Part shown: positions 54,912-64,000 of the stretch, in pieces
How positions within the stretch are numbered: position 1 is the stretch's first letter
How the letters are laid out: each line of letters starts with the position of its first letter
Source of the DNA: Dehalococcoidia bacterium
Lineage (GTDB): Bacteria; Chloroflexota; Dehalococcoidia; UBA2979
Direction of reading: 5' to 3'
NCBI GenBank assembly: GCA_964291495.2
Contig: OZ219871.1
Location: 864,001-928,000 of the forward strand
Length of the DNA stretch: 64,000 nt
Program-made: the position numbers and the translations under genes
Notes under the pieces: model-generated
Databases searched by the model: none
Told to the model about the DNA's origin: nothing
What the model saw: only the letters and a program-made list of their open reading frames with translations

Positions 54912-57701
54912 TTGGTTCAAGAGACCCCTGACCGCATCCAGACCACGCGCATCGAAGACGAGATGCGCGACTCCTACCTCGACTACGCGATGTCGGTCAT
55001 CGTCTCGCGCGCGCTGCCCGATGTGCGTGACGGGCTCAAGCCGGTGCAGCGCCGCATCCTCTTCGGGATGCAGGAGCTGGGGGTCGGCCCCAACTCAGCG
55101 CTCAAGAAGACCGCCCGCGTCGTCGGCGAGGTGATGGGCAAGTTCCACCCCCACGGCGACCAGGCGATCTACGACACGCTGGTGCGGATGGCGCAGGACT
55201 TCACGATGCGCTACCCGCTCGTCACCGGGCAGGGCAACTTCGGCTCCGTCGACGGCGACCCGCCCGCGCAGATGCGCTACACAGAGGCGCGACTCGCCCC
55301 GATCGCGAGCGAGCTGCTTGCCGACCTCGACCGCAACACGGTGGACTTCCAGCCGAACTTCGACGACTCGGTCAACGAGCCTGTGGTGCTGCCCTCGCGC
55401 ATCCCGAACCTGCTGCTCAACGGCGCGAGCGGGATCGCGGTCGGCATGGCGACGAACGTCCCGCCGCACAACCTCAACGAGATCTGCGATGCGCTGACGC
55501 TGCTCATCGACAAGCCCGAGGCGGGCATCGACGAGCTGATGGAGCACGTGCAGGGGCCTGATTTCCCGACGCGCGGCCGCATCTTCGGCCGCGAGGCGAT
55601 CCGGCAGGCCTACGCCAGCGGGCGCGGCAAGGTCACGATGCAGGGCGTGATCAGCGCCGAGCAGACCGAGGCGGGCCGCATCCAGCTCGTCGTGACCGAG
55701 CTGCCCTACCAGGTCAACAAGTCGACGCTGATCCAGCGCATCGCCGACCTCGTGCGCAACAAGCGCATCGAGGGCGTCTCCGACCTTCGCGATGAGTCCG
55801 ATCGCGACGGGATGCGGATCGTGATCGAGTTGGCGCGCAACGGCACGCCGGCTGCGGTCGAGGCGCAGCTGTTCAAGCTCACCGCGCTGCAATCGACCTT
55901 CGCCGTCAACATGCTCGCGCTCGTCGACGGCCGCCCGAAGACGGTCAGCCTCAAGGAGGCGCTGGAGGCGTTCATCGACCACCGGCGCGATGTGATCCGG
56001 CGGCGCAGCGAGTTCGACCTGCAGAAGGCCGAGGAGCGCGCGGAGATCCTCGACGGCCTGCTCAAGGCGATCGAGCAGCTCGACTGGGTGATCGCCACGA
56101 TCCGCGCCTCGGAGTCCGCGGACGCGGCGAAGGGCGCGCTGATGGCGGGCCCGGAGGCGGACGCCGAGGAGCCGTGGCTGTCGGAGCGGCAGGCGCAGGC
56201 GGTGCTGGACATGCAGCTGCGCCGCCTCGCCGCCCTCGAGCGGAAGCGCATTGAGGACGAGCACGCCGAGCTGGCCGAGCAGATCGCGTGGCTGCGGGAT
56301 CTGCTCGCGAACCCGGAGAAGATCGACGGGCTGATCAAGGAGGACTGCGCGGAGCTGAAGGAGCAGTACGGCGACGCGCGCCTCACACGGGCCTTCGCGC
56401 AGCCCGCCGAGGAAATCTCGGCGGACGACCTGGTGCCGCACCAGCGCATCGTCGTCACGATCTCGGACGCCGGCTACATGAAGCGCGTGCCGCTGGAGAC
56501 GTACCGCCGCCAGCGGCGCGGCGGCCGCGGCATCACCGGCGCGCCGACGCGCGACGAGGACGCCGCCAACCACCTCGTCGTCTGCGACACGCACGACTCG
56601 CTGCTGCTCTTCACCCAGCAGGGCCGCGTCTACTCGCTGCGCGGCTACGAGGCGCCCGAGGCGACGCGCCAGGCGCGCGGCATCCCGGTCGTGAACCTCG
56701 TCGAGATGGAGGCCACGGACCGCGTCACCGGCGTGGTCGTGGTGGCCGACTTCAGCCGCGACTCGATGGTCCTCGCGACCGCGGGCGGCGACGTGAAGCG
56801 CACGCCGCTGGAGCAGTTCGAGTCCGTGCGCCGCGCCGGGCTGATCGCGATGAAGCTGAAGCGCGGCGACAGCCTGATCGCGGCGCACGCCGCCGCCGAC
56901 GGACACGACGCGCTCCTCGTGAGCAGCGGCGGCCGGGCGATCCGCTTCCCGGTCGGCTCGCTGCGTGTCGCCTCGCGCGCCTCGGGCGGGGTGCGCGGGA
57001 TGCGGCTGCGCAACGGCGAGCAGGTGATCGGACTCCTGATCGACACGGACGGCGAGGACCTGCTCGTGGTCTCGGAGCAGGGCTTCGGCAAGCGCACGCC
57101 GATCGAGGAGTACCCGACGAAGGGCCGCGGCGGCCAGGGCATGCTCACCTTCCGCGTCATGGAGCGCACCGGACCGCTCGCCGTGGCGCGTGCCGTGACG
57201 GCCGGCCAGGAGATCATCCTCGTCTCGCGCGATGGCATCGTAATGCGCACGCAGGCGGAGACGATCAGCCAGCAGGGACGCGGCACCCAGGGCGTAGCCG
57301 TGATGAACATCGGCGAGGGCGACACCCTCGCGGCGCTTGCCCTGATCGATCTCGACGAGGACAGCCCCCGGCGGCGGCGCGCACCGGAGCCCGAGGACGA
57401 AGACGAGGCTCCCCCCGCCGCCGCCGAGGACGAGCCGACCGAGCAGCCCGGGAAACGGAAGGCCGCCGACGTCGGCAGCGTGACGGACGCAGAGCTGCGC
57501 GAGGCCCTCGAGGCGGCGCTGCCGGCCGGGGAATGGACCCCGCATCTGCAGGTGCTGAAGACGGCGGCCCGTCTGCTGCGCTTCGCGCGCCTCTCGCAAG
57601 CCCTCCAGAAGGCCCTCGGACGGGCGATCCACGCGGCCGTCGTCGAGGGCTGGATCGAGGAGAACGGGGAGACGCAGGAGCTGCGCCGGCCGGGCGCCTG
57701 A
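54912..57701 (+). CDS. gyrA: DNA gyrase subunit A with C-terminal extension
   Basis: [19 protein letters not shown] (catalytic Tyr), GyrA-box QRRGGRG; TTG start; TGGTACAAT promoter at 54862. Confidence 0.97.
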   Translation: MVQETPDRIQTTRIEDEMRDSYLDYAMSVIVSRALPDVRDGLKPVQRRILFGMQELGVGPNSALKKTARVVGEVMGKFHPHGDQAIYDTLVRMAQDFTMRYPLVTGQGNFGSVDGDPPAQMRYTEARLAPIASELLADLDRNTVDFQPNFDDSVNEPVVLPSRIPNLLLNGASGIAVGMATNVPPHNLNEICDALTLLIDKPEAGIDELMEHVQGPDFPTRGRIFGREAIRQAYASGRGKVTMQGVISAEQTEAGRIQLVVTELPYQVNKSTLIQRIADLVRNKRIEGVSDLRDESDRDGMRIVIELARNGTPAAVEAQLFKLTALQSTFAVNMLALVDGRPKTVSLKEALEAFIDHRRDVIRRRSEFDLQKAEERAEILDGLLKAIEQLDWVIATIRASESADAAKGALMAGPEADAEEPWLSERQAQAVLDMQLRRLAALERKRIEDEHAELAEQIAWLRDLLANPEKIDGLIKEDCAELKEQYGDARLTRAFAQPAEEISADDLVPHQRIVVTISDAGYMKRVPLETYRRQRRGGRGITGAPTRDEDAANHLVVCDTHDSLLLFTQQGRVYSLRGYEAPEATRQARGIPVVNLVEMEATDRVTGVVVVADFSRDSMVLATAGGDVKRTPLEQFESVRRAGLIAMKLKRGDSLIAAHAAADGHDALLVSSGGRAIRFPVGSLRVASRASGGVRGMRLRNGEQVIGLLIDTDGEDLLVVSEQGFGKRTPIEEYPTKGRGGQGMLTFRVMERTGPLAVARAVTAGQEIILVSRDGIVMRTQAETISQQGRGTQGVAVMNIGEGDTLAALALIDLDEDSPRRRRAPEPEDEDEAPPAAAEDEPTEQPGKRKAADVGSVTDAELREALEAALPAGEWTPHLQVLKTAARLLRFARLSQALQKALGRAIHAAVVEGWIEENGETQELRRPGA

Positions 57702-57723
57702 CGCGGTCCGGGAGCGCGCGCCC

Positions 57724-58722
57724 ATGAGCCTCAGCGACCTCGGCGAGTTCGGGCTGATCGAGCGCATCATCGAGCGCTTGGGCGAGGCCGCCGCCCACGA
57801 CATCCTGGTGCCGCCCGGCGACGACGCGGCGGCCTGGGCGCACGAGGGCGCGGCAGCCGTCGCCACGGTCGACAGCCTCGCCGAGGGCACGCACTGGCGG
57901 CGCGACACGATGTCGCCGGCGGACGTCGGCTGGCGGTGCGCCGCGACGAGCCTCTCCGACCTCGCAGCGATGGGCGCCGAGCCGGGCCCGCTGCTGATCG
58001 CGGCGCAACTCGGCCCCGATGTCTCGCTCGAGGACCTCGACAGCTTCGTGGACGGACTGGCGGCGGCCTGCCGCTGCCTCGGCGCGCGCATCGCGGGCGG
58101 CAACATCGCCCGTGCGGCGAGCACGAGCTTCAGCGCGACGGCGATCGGGAGCGCGCGCGACGGAGATGCGCTGCTGCGCCGCGACGCGGCCCGGCCCGGT
58201 GACGCCGTCGCCGTCTCCGCGGCGCCGGGCGCCGCGGCCGCCGGCCTCGCGCTGATCGAGGCGGGGCAAGCAGCCGAGCCGGAGGCGGCGGCGCTGGTCG
58301 CCGCACATCGCAGGCCGCCTGCGCGGCTCGCACTCGGCCGGGCGGCGGCCAGCGCCGGGCTGCGCTGCGCCATCGACCTCTCGGACGGGCTGCTGCAGGA
58401 CCTCGGCCACGTCGCCGCGGCCTCGGGCGTCGCCATCGAGATCGAGGCGACGGCGCTGCCGCTGCACCCGGCGGCGGTGGCGCTGCTGGGCCGCGATCGC
58501 GCGCTCGCGCTGGCGCTCGGCGGCGGCGAGGACTACGAACTGGCGCTTTGCGGGCCTGCTGCTACGCTCGATGCGCTCGGCGCGGACGCCGCCGCAGAGG
58601 GCCTTCCGCCGCTGACGCGCATCGGCCGGGTCACGGCGGGGCCACCCGGCGACGTGGCGGCCATCGACGAGTCGGGCGGGCGCATCGACCCGACATCCAC
58701 GGGCTGGGACCAGTTGCGCTGA
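57724..58722 (+). CDS. thiL: thiamine-monophosphate kinase
   Basis: GEFGLI, GDDAA, SDLAAMG, IDLSDGL, GGEDYEL. Confidence 0.94.
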   Translation: MSLSDLGEFGLIERIIERLGEAAAHDILVPPGDDAAAWAHEGAAAVATVDSLAEGTHWRRDTMSPADVGWRCAATSLSDLAAMGAEPGPLLIAAQLGPDVSLEDLDSFVDGLAAACRCLGARIAGGNIARAASTSFSATAIGSARDGDALLRRDAARPGDAVAVSAAPGAAAAGLALIEAGQAAEPEAAALVAAHRRPPARLALGRAAASAGLRCAIDLSDGLLQDLGHVAAASGVAIEIEATALPLHPAAVALLGRDRALALALGGGEDYELALCGPAATLDALGADAAAEGLPPLTRIGRVTAGPPGDVAAIDESGGRIDPTSTGWDQLR

Positions 58723-58750
58723 GCCGCCCGCCGGCGACGGAGTACGACAC

Positions 58751-59269
58751 GTGCACACCGCCAACCGCATGCTCGTGACGACGAAGGGCGCGGCGCGCAC
58801 GCGCGCCCTCGGGCGGCGGCTCGCGCGGCTGCTGCGCCCCGGCGACGTGGTGCTGCTGCAGGGGCCACTTGGCGCGGGCAAGACCACGCTCGTGCAGGGC
58901 GTCGGCACCGGCCTCGGCGTCGAGGGGCCGGTCAACAGCCCCACCTTCGTCCTGCTCGCCCGCCACGACCTCCAAACCCCCGAGGACGGCGGCGCTCGGC
59001 GGGCCGAGCGCCCGGACGCGCTGCACCACGCCGACCTCTTCCGCCTCACCGAGATCGAGGAGGTCGAGGAGCTGGCGCTCGCCGAGCAGGCCACGGACGG
59101 CGCGCTGCTCGTCGAGTGGCCGGAGCGCGGCCTCGAGGCGCTGCCCAGCGAGCACCTGCTCGTCGCGATCGAGTTCTCGCCCGAGCGCGACGACGAGCGG
59201 CGGCTCACCTTCGTCGCCGTCGGCGAGCGCTACCACCGCATCCTCGACGGCCTCGGAGGCCGCGGCTGA
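58751..59269 (+). CDS. tsaE: t6A biosynthesis ATPase
   Basis: [26 protein letters not shown]. Confidence 0.94.
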   Translation: MHTANRMLVTTKGAARTRALGRRLARLLRPGDVVLLQGPLGAGKTTLVQGVGTGLGVEGPVNSPTFVLLARHDLQTPEDGGARRAERPDALHHADLFRLTEIEEVEELALAEQATDGALLVEWPERGLEALPSEHLLVAIEFSPERDDERRLTFVAVGERYHRILDGLGGRG

Positions 59270-59952
59270 TGCGCCGTATAGAGCTGGGGATCGACAGCGC
59301 CTCGAGCGAGGCCGCCGTCGCCCTCCTCGACGGCGACGAGGTGCTGGCGGAGCGGCGCTGGACGGTGGAGACGAACTACTCACGCGAGCTGCTCGGCGGC
59401 ATCGACGCGGCGCTGGCCGAGGCAGGCGTGGAGCGCGGCGAGCTGGCCGCGATCGCGGTCGACGCCGGGCCGGGCGGCTACTCGGGGCTGCGCAGCGGCG
59501 TGGCGACGGCGCAGGGCCTCGCGCTCGCGCTCGGCATCCCGCTGGCGGGCGTCTCGCGCCTCGAGGCGGCGGCGTTCCCGCACCTCGCCGGCGGCCGGCC
59601 GGTCGTCGCCACGCACCAGGCGGGCGGCAGGCGCATCGCCTGGGCCGCCTACGGGGCCGGCGGCGGCGGGGCCCCGGCGATCCTCGAGGCGCCGCGCCTC
59701 GAGGAGCTCGACGCCTGCCTGCGCGCCGCCCCAACCGGCGCCCTCTGGTGCGGCGAGCTGAGCGAGGAGCTGCGCGCCGCCCTCGATCGTGTCGAGGGGA
59801 CGGCGCAGGCGGCCTCGGAGAACGTCCGCCGCGCCGCGGACCTGGTGCGGCTGGCGAGGCTGCACAACGCCTACGGCGACCCGGCGCTGGTCGACGTGGT
59901 CTACCTGCGGCCGCCGCCGATCACCCGGCCGGCGGGAACGAAGGCAAACTAG
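59269..59952 (+). CDS. tsaB: t6A biosynthesis protein
   Basis: [20 protein letters not shown]. Confidence 0.92.
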   Translation: MRRIELGIDSASSEAAVALLDGDEVLAERRWTVETNYSRELLGGIDAALAEAGVERGELAAIAVDAGPGGYSGLRSGVATAQGLALALGIPLAGVSRLEAAAFPHLAGGRPVVATHQAGGRRIAWAAYGAGGGGAPAILEAPRLEELDACLRAAPTGALWCGELSEELRAALDRVEGTAQAASENVRRAADLVRLARLHNAYGDPALVDVVYLRPPPITRPAGTKAN

Positions 59953-59984
59953 GCACGGGCTCGAGGCGCACGGAGGGAACACGG

Positions 59985-60434
59985 ATGGAACGCACGCTGA
60001 TCCTGGTAAAGCCGGACGCCGTCCAGCGCGGGTTGATCGGCGAGGTGCTGGGCCGCCTCGAGCGGCGCGGGCTGCGGCTGGTCGCGCTGCGCCTGATGCA
60101 GGTCGACGAGGCGCTGGCGCGCCGCCACTACGGGGAGCACGAGGGCAAGCCCTTCTTCGCCGGCCTCGTGGACTACATCACCTCGAGCCCGCTGATCGCG
60201 GCGGTGTTCGAGGGTCCGGACGCAATCGCGGCCGCGCGCCAGACGATGGGCGCGACAAACCCCGTCGAGGCCGCGCCCGGCACGATCCGCGGCGACCTCG
60301 CCCTCGAGGTGGGGCGCAACCTGGTGCACGGATCGGACGGCCCGGAGAGCGCGGCGCGCGAGATCGCGCTCTTCTTCGGCGACGAGGCGGCGCCCTCCTG
60401 GGAGCGCGACACAGACCGCTGGATCCTCGAGTAG
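59985..60434 (+). CDS. ndk: nucleoside diphosphate kinase
   Basis: [33 protein letters not shown]. Confidence 0.97.
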   Translation: MERTLILVKPDAVQRGLIGEVLGRLERRGLRLVALRLMQVDEALARRHYGEHEGKPFFAGLVDYITSSPLIAAVFEGPDAIAAARQTMGATNPVEAAPGTIRGDLALEVGRNLVHGSDGPESAAREIALFFGDEAAPSWERDTDRWILE

Positions 60435-60483
60435 CGCCCGTTCAATCCAGCCCGGCCTGCCCTGGTTGATAATCGGGAGCGAC

Positions 60484-60505
60484 CAGACTAGTCTGATATC
60501 TAGTC
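60484..60505. promoter_or_regulatory. palindromic operator-like site upstream of Phd-VapC
   Basis: CAGACTAGTCTG palindrome and GACTAG-N8-CTAGTC. Confidence 0.6.
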
Positions 60506-60526
60506 ATATTAGCCACGGAGGGTCGC

Positions 60527-60787
60527 GTGGGCGCAACCTGGCAAGTCCAAGAAGCCAAGGCTCGCTTCAGCGAATTGCTTGAGATGAGCCTCGCCGAGGG
60601 GCCGCAGATCGTCACCAAGCGGGGCGTCGAGACCGCCGTGCTGGTCCCGATCGAGCAGTGGCGCCGGATGGAGCGCTTGACGAGGCCGAACATCAAGGAG
60701 TGGCTGCTCGCGGCCGGGCCCCGCACCGAGACGCTGACCCCGCCCCGACGCGAGTTCCGACGCCGCCCGCCGCCGCGGCTCGACTAG
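60527..60787 (+). CDS. Phd/YefM family antitoxin
   Basis: WQVQEAKARFSEL...GPQIVTKRG. Confidence 0.9.
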   Translation: MGATWQVQEAKARFSELLEMSLAEGPQIVTKRGVETAVLVPIEQWRRMERLTRPNIKEWLLAAGPRTETLTPPRREFRRRPPPRLD

Positions 60788-60794
60788 CCCCTAC

Positions 60795-61217
60795 GTGTAC
60801 CTGCTCGACACGAACGTCGTCTCCGAGTTGCGTCGCCCGCGCCCACATCCGCCGGTGCTGGACTGGATCCGCGATGTACCGGCGGAGCGACTGCATGTTT
60901 GCGCGGTCACGATCGGTGAGGTCCAGGCTGGTATCGAGATCACACGCGAGCAGGACACTGCGAGGGCGCGAGAGCTGGAGGCCTGGCTCGAGGATCGCCT
61001 ACTCGGCGACTTCGACATTCTGACGCTCGACGCCGCCGTCTTTCGTGAGTGGGGGCGGCTGATGCATCGGCGCTCGCACACGTTGATCCAGGACGCGATG
61101 ATCGCCGCGGTCGCCGTCGTTCACGGGCTGACCGTGGTGACCCGCAACGTTCGCGACTTCGAGCAGTTCGGCGTGCCGGTGCTCGACCCGTTCGCGGAGC
61201 ACGACGGGACCACCTGA
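60795..61217 (+). CDS. vapC: PIN-domain VapC toxin
   Basis: YLLDTNVVSELR, DAMIAA, VVTRNVRDF. Confidence 0.93.
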   Translation: MYLLDTNVVSELRRPRPHPPVLDWIRDVPAERLHVCAVTIGEVQAGIEITREQDTARARELEAWLEDRLLGDFDILTLDAAVFREWGRLMHRRSHTLIQDAMIAAVAVVHGLTVVTRNVRDFEQFGVPVLDPFAEHDGTT

Positions 61218-61221
61218 CGCA

Positions 61222-62472
61222 TCAACCGAAGTCGCCGCGCGGGCGGCCGGCGACGACGACGAAGACAGCCGCCAGCGCCGTCAGCGGCGCGTAGATCGTG
61301 AAGATCAGCACGTAACTGCCGAACTCGTCGAAGGCCAGCCCGGCGAGGAACGGCCCGAGCATCCCGAACGGCATCGTGAGCGTCGAGGCCAGCCCCTGCA
61401 GGGTGCCGAAGCGGCGCGGGCCGAAGTGGTCGGCGACCGCAGTGATGAAGAGGATCACCCAGATCGCGTGCCCGGTCGCGTACGTCAGGTAGTAGAGCGG
61501 CAGCAGCCACAGCCGGTCCGTGTTGAGCTGCGCGAAGAAGACGAGCCCCACCCCCTGCAGCAGGAACGAGGCGATGTAGAGCTGGTGCCGCCCCACGAGG
61601 TCGGCGAGCCAGCCAACCGCGGGCCGCATCGCAACCTGCACCACTCCGTAGATCGCCACGATCAGCCCCGCCTCCGGGAGCGAGAACCCGGAGTGCGTCA
61701 TGTGCGGCACCTGGTGCACCGTCCAGGCGATCGACTGGCCCGCCGTGAACCCGGTCGAGAGCGTGAGCAGGTAGAAGACGCGGCCTCTCAGCGCCTCGGA
61801 CACGCTCACACCCACGAGCGACGACGTCGCCGCGCGCGAGGCATCCGAGCGGGGGGCGGCCTCGCCGTCGGGGAGCAGGCCGGACTGCTCCGGGCGGTCC
61901 CGCACGATCAGGGCGAACACGATCCCGACGGCGAAGATCAGGAGCGCGGCGGCCACGAGCGCCTCGCGCCAGCCCGCAGCGGTCACGAGCAGCGCGAACA
62001 GCGGGACGATGAAGTAGCCGGCGCCGCGGCCCGCCGCGACGATCCCCATCGCCCTTGCCCGCTTGCGCTGGAACCAGTTCATCATCGTGGCGTTGATCGG
62101 CACGCCCATGCAGAGGCTCTGGCCCAGCGCCGCGATCACGCTCGCCGCGTAGTAGACGAGCAGCGAATGCGCCTGCGAGAAGAGCAGCAGGCCTCCCGCG
62201 AGCAGCAGCACGCCGCTGAGGATCATCCGCCTCGGACCGAGCCGGTCCACGAGCACACCACTGATCGGGGCGAGCAGCCCTTGCTCGAAGCTTCGCAGCG
62301 AGAACCCGAGCGAGATCGCAGCGATGCTCCAGCCGAGCTCCTGCTGCATCGGCTCGATCAGCACGCCCAGGCCGAGCGAGGCGATCCCGAAGGCGATCAG
62401 GCTCAGCGCGCCGCCGCCGGCCGCGATGTACCAGCCGTAGAAGACGGGGCCCGCCGGCCTCGCCGCGCGCAC
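61222..62472 (-). CDS. MFS transporter
   Basis: FYGWYI, GVLVDRLGPR motif A, about 12 TM. Confidence 0.9.
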   Translation of the reverse strand: MRAARPAGPVFYGWYIAAGGGALSLIAFGIASLGLGVLIEPMQQELGWSIAAISLGFSLRSFEQGLLAPISGVLVDRLGPRRMILSGVLLLAGGLLLFSQAHSLLVYYAASVIAALGQSLCMGVPINATMMNWFQRKRARAMGIVAAGRGAGYFIVPLFALLVTAAGWREALVAAALLIFAVGIVFALIVRDRPEQSGLLPDGEAAPRSDASRAATSSLVGVSVSEALRGRVFYLLTLSTGFTAGQSIAWTVHQVPHMTHSGFSLPEAGLIVAIYGVVQVAMRPAVGWLADLVGRHQLYIASFLLQGVGLVFFAQLNTDRLWLLPLYYLTYATGHAIWVILFITAVADHFGPRRFGTLQGLASTLTMPFGMLGPFLAGLAFDEFGSYVLIFTIYAPLTALAAVFVVVAGRPRGDFG

Positions 62473-62475
62473 GGG

Positions 62476-62832
62476 CTACTGGATGTGGACAACCTCGCGG
62501 GCGCGCTGCCACAGGCCCTCGAGGTTGTAGTAGGCGCGCTGCTCGACCGAGAAGATGTGCACGACCGTGTCGCCGAGGTCGGCAAGCCGCCAGCCGTCCT
62601 CGTTGCGGCCCTCCCAGAGCGGGCGGTTGGCGCGGCGGGCGCCCTCGTGCGTCGAGGCGATCTCGTCGACGGCGGCGGCGAGCGCGCGCATCTGGCGCTC
62701 GCTGTCGGCGCTGGCGATCACGAAGTAGTCGGTGAAGGTGGAGAGGCCGGCGAGGTCCAGCAGCACGACGTCCGACGCCTGGCGATCGACCAGGGCATCG
62801 ACGACGTCGCGCGCAAGCTGCAGCCCGTCCAG
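62476..62832 (-). CDS. rsfS: ribosome silencing factor, apparent CTG start
   Basis: TDYFVIAS, W.LADLGD.VVHIF, RAYYNLEGLW; N-terminus LDGLQLARDVVDAL lies upstream of first canonical start. Confidence 0.92.
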   Translation of the reverse strand: MDGLQLARDVVDALVDRQASDVVLLDLAGLSTFTDYFVIASADSERQMRALAAAVDEIASTHEGARRANRPLWEGRNEDGWRLADLGDTVVHIFSVEQRAYYNLEGLWQRAREVVHIQ

Positions 62833-62924
62833 ACGCGCATCCCTCCCTGGAGGCCTGCGGCCGTCACGGCCACGAGGCGCATGGAGTATAGAGGAGACGG
62901 GCTTGCCTGACCGACCCCCGCAAC

Positions 62925-62954
62925 GTGACCATGATCGCCTATGATAGTGGTCAC
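62925..62954. promoter_or_regulatory. inverted repeat GTGACCA-N16-TGGTCAC around -10 TATGAT
   Basis: Upstream of Phd-PIN module. Confidence 0.6.
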
Positions 62955-63006
62955 ATGAACGTGTGTCCGGGGCCGGGTGGGTCTGGCGAACCTCAGGAGC
63001 GGTGCG

Positions 63007-63258
63007 ATGCGGGCAATGAAGGCTTCAGAGTTCAAAGCGAAGTGCCTGAAGCTCATGGACGAAATCGCCGACAGCGGCGAGGAAATCGTGATCACAAAGC
63101 GCGGCCGGCCGGTGGCGAAGCTGGCGCCCCTTCATGAGACGACGAAGGGCTGGTTCGGACGGGATCGGGAGATCATCCGCATCCACGGTGACATCACGAA
63201 ACCCCTCGACGAGGTGTGGGAAGCAGAATCGGATGCGGATCGAGTGCTCGGCCCGTGA
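63007..63258 (+). CDS. Phd/YefM family antitoxin
   Basis: KASEFKAKCLKLMDE...ITKRGRPVAKL. Confidence 0.92.
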   Translation: MRAMKASEFKAKCLKLMDEIADSGEEIVITKRGRPVAKLAPLHETTKGWFGRDREIIRIHGDITKPLDEVWEAESDADRVLGP

Positions 63259-63653
63259 TCCTGCTCGATACACACATCCTGATCTGGAGCAGGTCCGGCG
63301 ACGCGCGGCTCGGGCCGCGCGCCCGGGAGCAAATCGAACAGGCCCTGGCCGAGGGCGACCTCGCGGTGTCCGCGATCTCGTTCTGGGAAGCGGCGATGTT
63401 GCACGAGAAGCGCCGCTTCACGCTGCTGCGCGACGTAGCCTCCTGGCGAGACGCCCTCATTGCCGAAGGGCTCGCGGAAATCCCCATCGATGGCGCCATC
63501 GCCGCCCGCGCCGGCCGGCTCACAGCCATGCACGGCGACCCGGCCGACCGCCTGATCGTCGCGACGGCGCTCGAGGGGCACCGGCTGCTCACGGCGGACC
63601 AGCCGATCCTCGATTGGCCGGGTAGCCTCGACCGGCTCGACGGACGCGCCTAG
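63255..63653 (+). CDS. vapC: PIN-domain VapC toxin
   Basis: ILLDTHILIW, SAISFWE, HGDPADRLIVATA. Confidence 0.93.
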   Translation: MILLDTHILIWSRSGDARLGPRAREQIEQALAEGDLAVSAISFWEAAMLHEKRRFTLLRDVASWRDALIAEGLAEIPIDGAIAARAGRLTAMHGDPADRLIVATALEGHRLLTADQPILDWPGSLDRLDGRA

Positions 63654-63699
63654 CGAGGTGCTCGCCCGGCTACGGCGCACGCCGTCCTACAATGGATCG

Positions 63700-64000
63700 A
63701 TGAGCGATTCGCGCATCATGGTGGCGATGTCCGGCGGCGTCGATTCGGCGGTCGCGGCTGCGATCCTGCATCGCGAGGGCTACGACGTGGTCGGGGTGAC
63801 GCTGCGCCTCTATACCGAGGCGGACCCCTCGGCCCTGCGCTCGAAGCGCGCCTGCTGCGGTGTCGAGGACGTCGCTGACGCCCGGGCCGCGGCGCAGCGC
63901 ATCGGCATCCCGCACTACGTGCTCAACATGGAGCGCGAGTTCGAGCGCGACGTGATCGAGGTGTTCGCCTCCGCCTACCGCAACGGGCGGACGCCCAACC
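63700..64000 (+). CDS. mnmA: tRNA 2-thiouridylase (5' part, truncated by window edge)
   Basis: Manual translation MSDSRIMVAMSGGVDSAVAA...ACCG...GRTPN. Confidence 0.95.
   Translation, partial: MSDSRIMVAMSGGVDSAVAAAILHREGYDVVGVTLRLYTEADPSALRSKRACCGVEDVADARAAAQRIGIPHYVLNMEREFERDVIEVFASAYRNGRTPN

Noticed and set aside
54912-57701. Calling the topoisomerase ParC because gyrB is not adjacent
   Set aside because: An intact GyrA-box (QRRGGRG) and full pinwheel support GyrA
55095-58436. Long antisense or alternative-frame ORFs (e.g. 1113 aa opposite gyrA, 820 aa at 35407)
   Set aside because: Shadow ORFs expected at this GC; no motifs, and they overlap well-supported genes
5876-63699. Integron attC sites around the TA cassettes
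   Set aside because: No RYYYAAC...GTTRRRY palindromic boundaries recognised and no intI; the cassettes are dispersed, not arrayed

Overview
Very GC-rich (roughly 70%+ by eye) bacterial chromosomal window. The gene content (F420-type LLM, many class III CoA-transferases, acyl-CoA dehydrogenases, SnoaL and MaoC proteins, Tat-exported family-5 binding proteins) suggests Chloroflexota/Dehalococcoidia, SAR202-like; this is inference only. From left to right it holds the ribD-ribE-ribBA-ribH operon, an ECF sigma/anti-sigma/SIMPL locus, fba-lepB-pyrE, and a ~36 kb acyl-CoA catabolic region with tandem paralogues and a Dpp/Opp-type transporter. These are followed by hpnCDE squalene genes, rnhA, tRNA-Pro(CGG), gyrA-thiL-tsaE-tsaB-ndk, rsfS and the start of mnmA. 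Seven small toxin-antitoxin modules sit in intergenic positions, six with a visible operator-like or AT-rich promoter. The most unusual signals are: (i) two small insertions bounded by long direct repeats (142 bp and 69 bp) that duplicate a host gene end, with no recombinase in view; (ii) a GyrA carrying an extra ~75-aa winged-helix-like domain after its acidic tail, with Gln at the Ser83 position; (iii) apparent non-canonical starts (ATC for dppB, CTG for rsfS); (iv) short-indel frameshifts in hicA and an SDR; (v) an ECF-type promoter linking the sigma factor to SIMPL and possibly the rib operon. No CRISPR array, rRNA, integrase, transposase or reverse transcriptase was seen. All calls come from reading motifs by eye; no searches were run.
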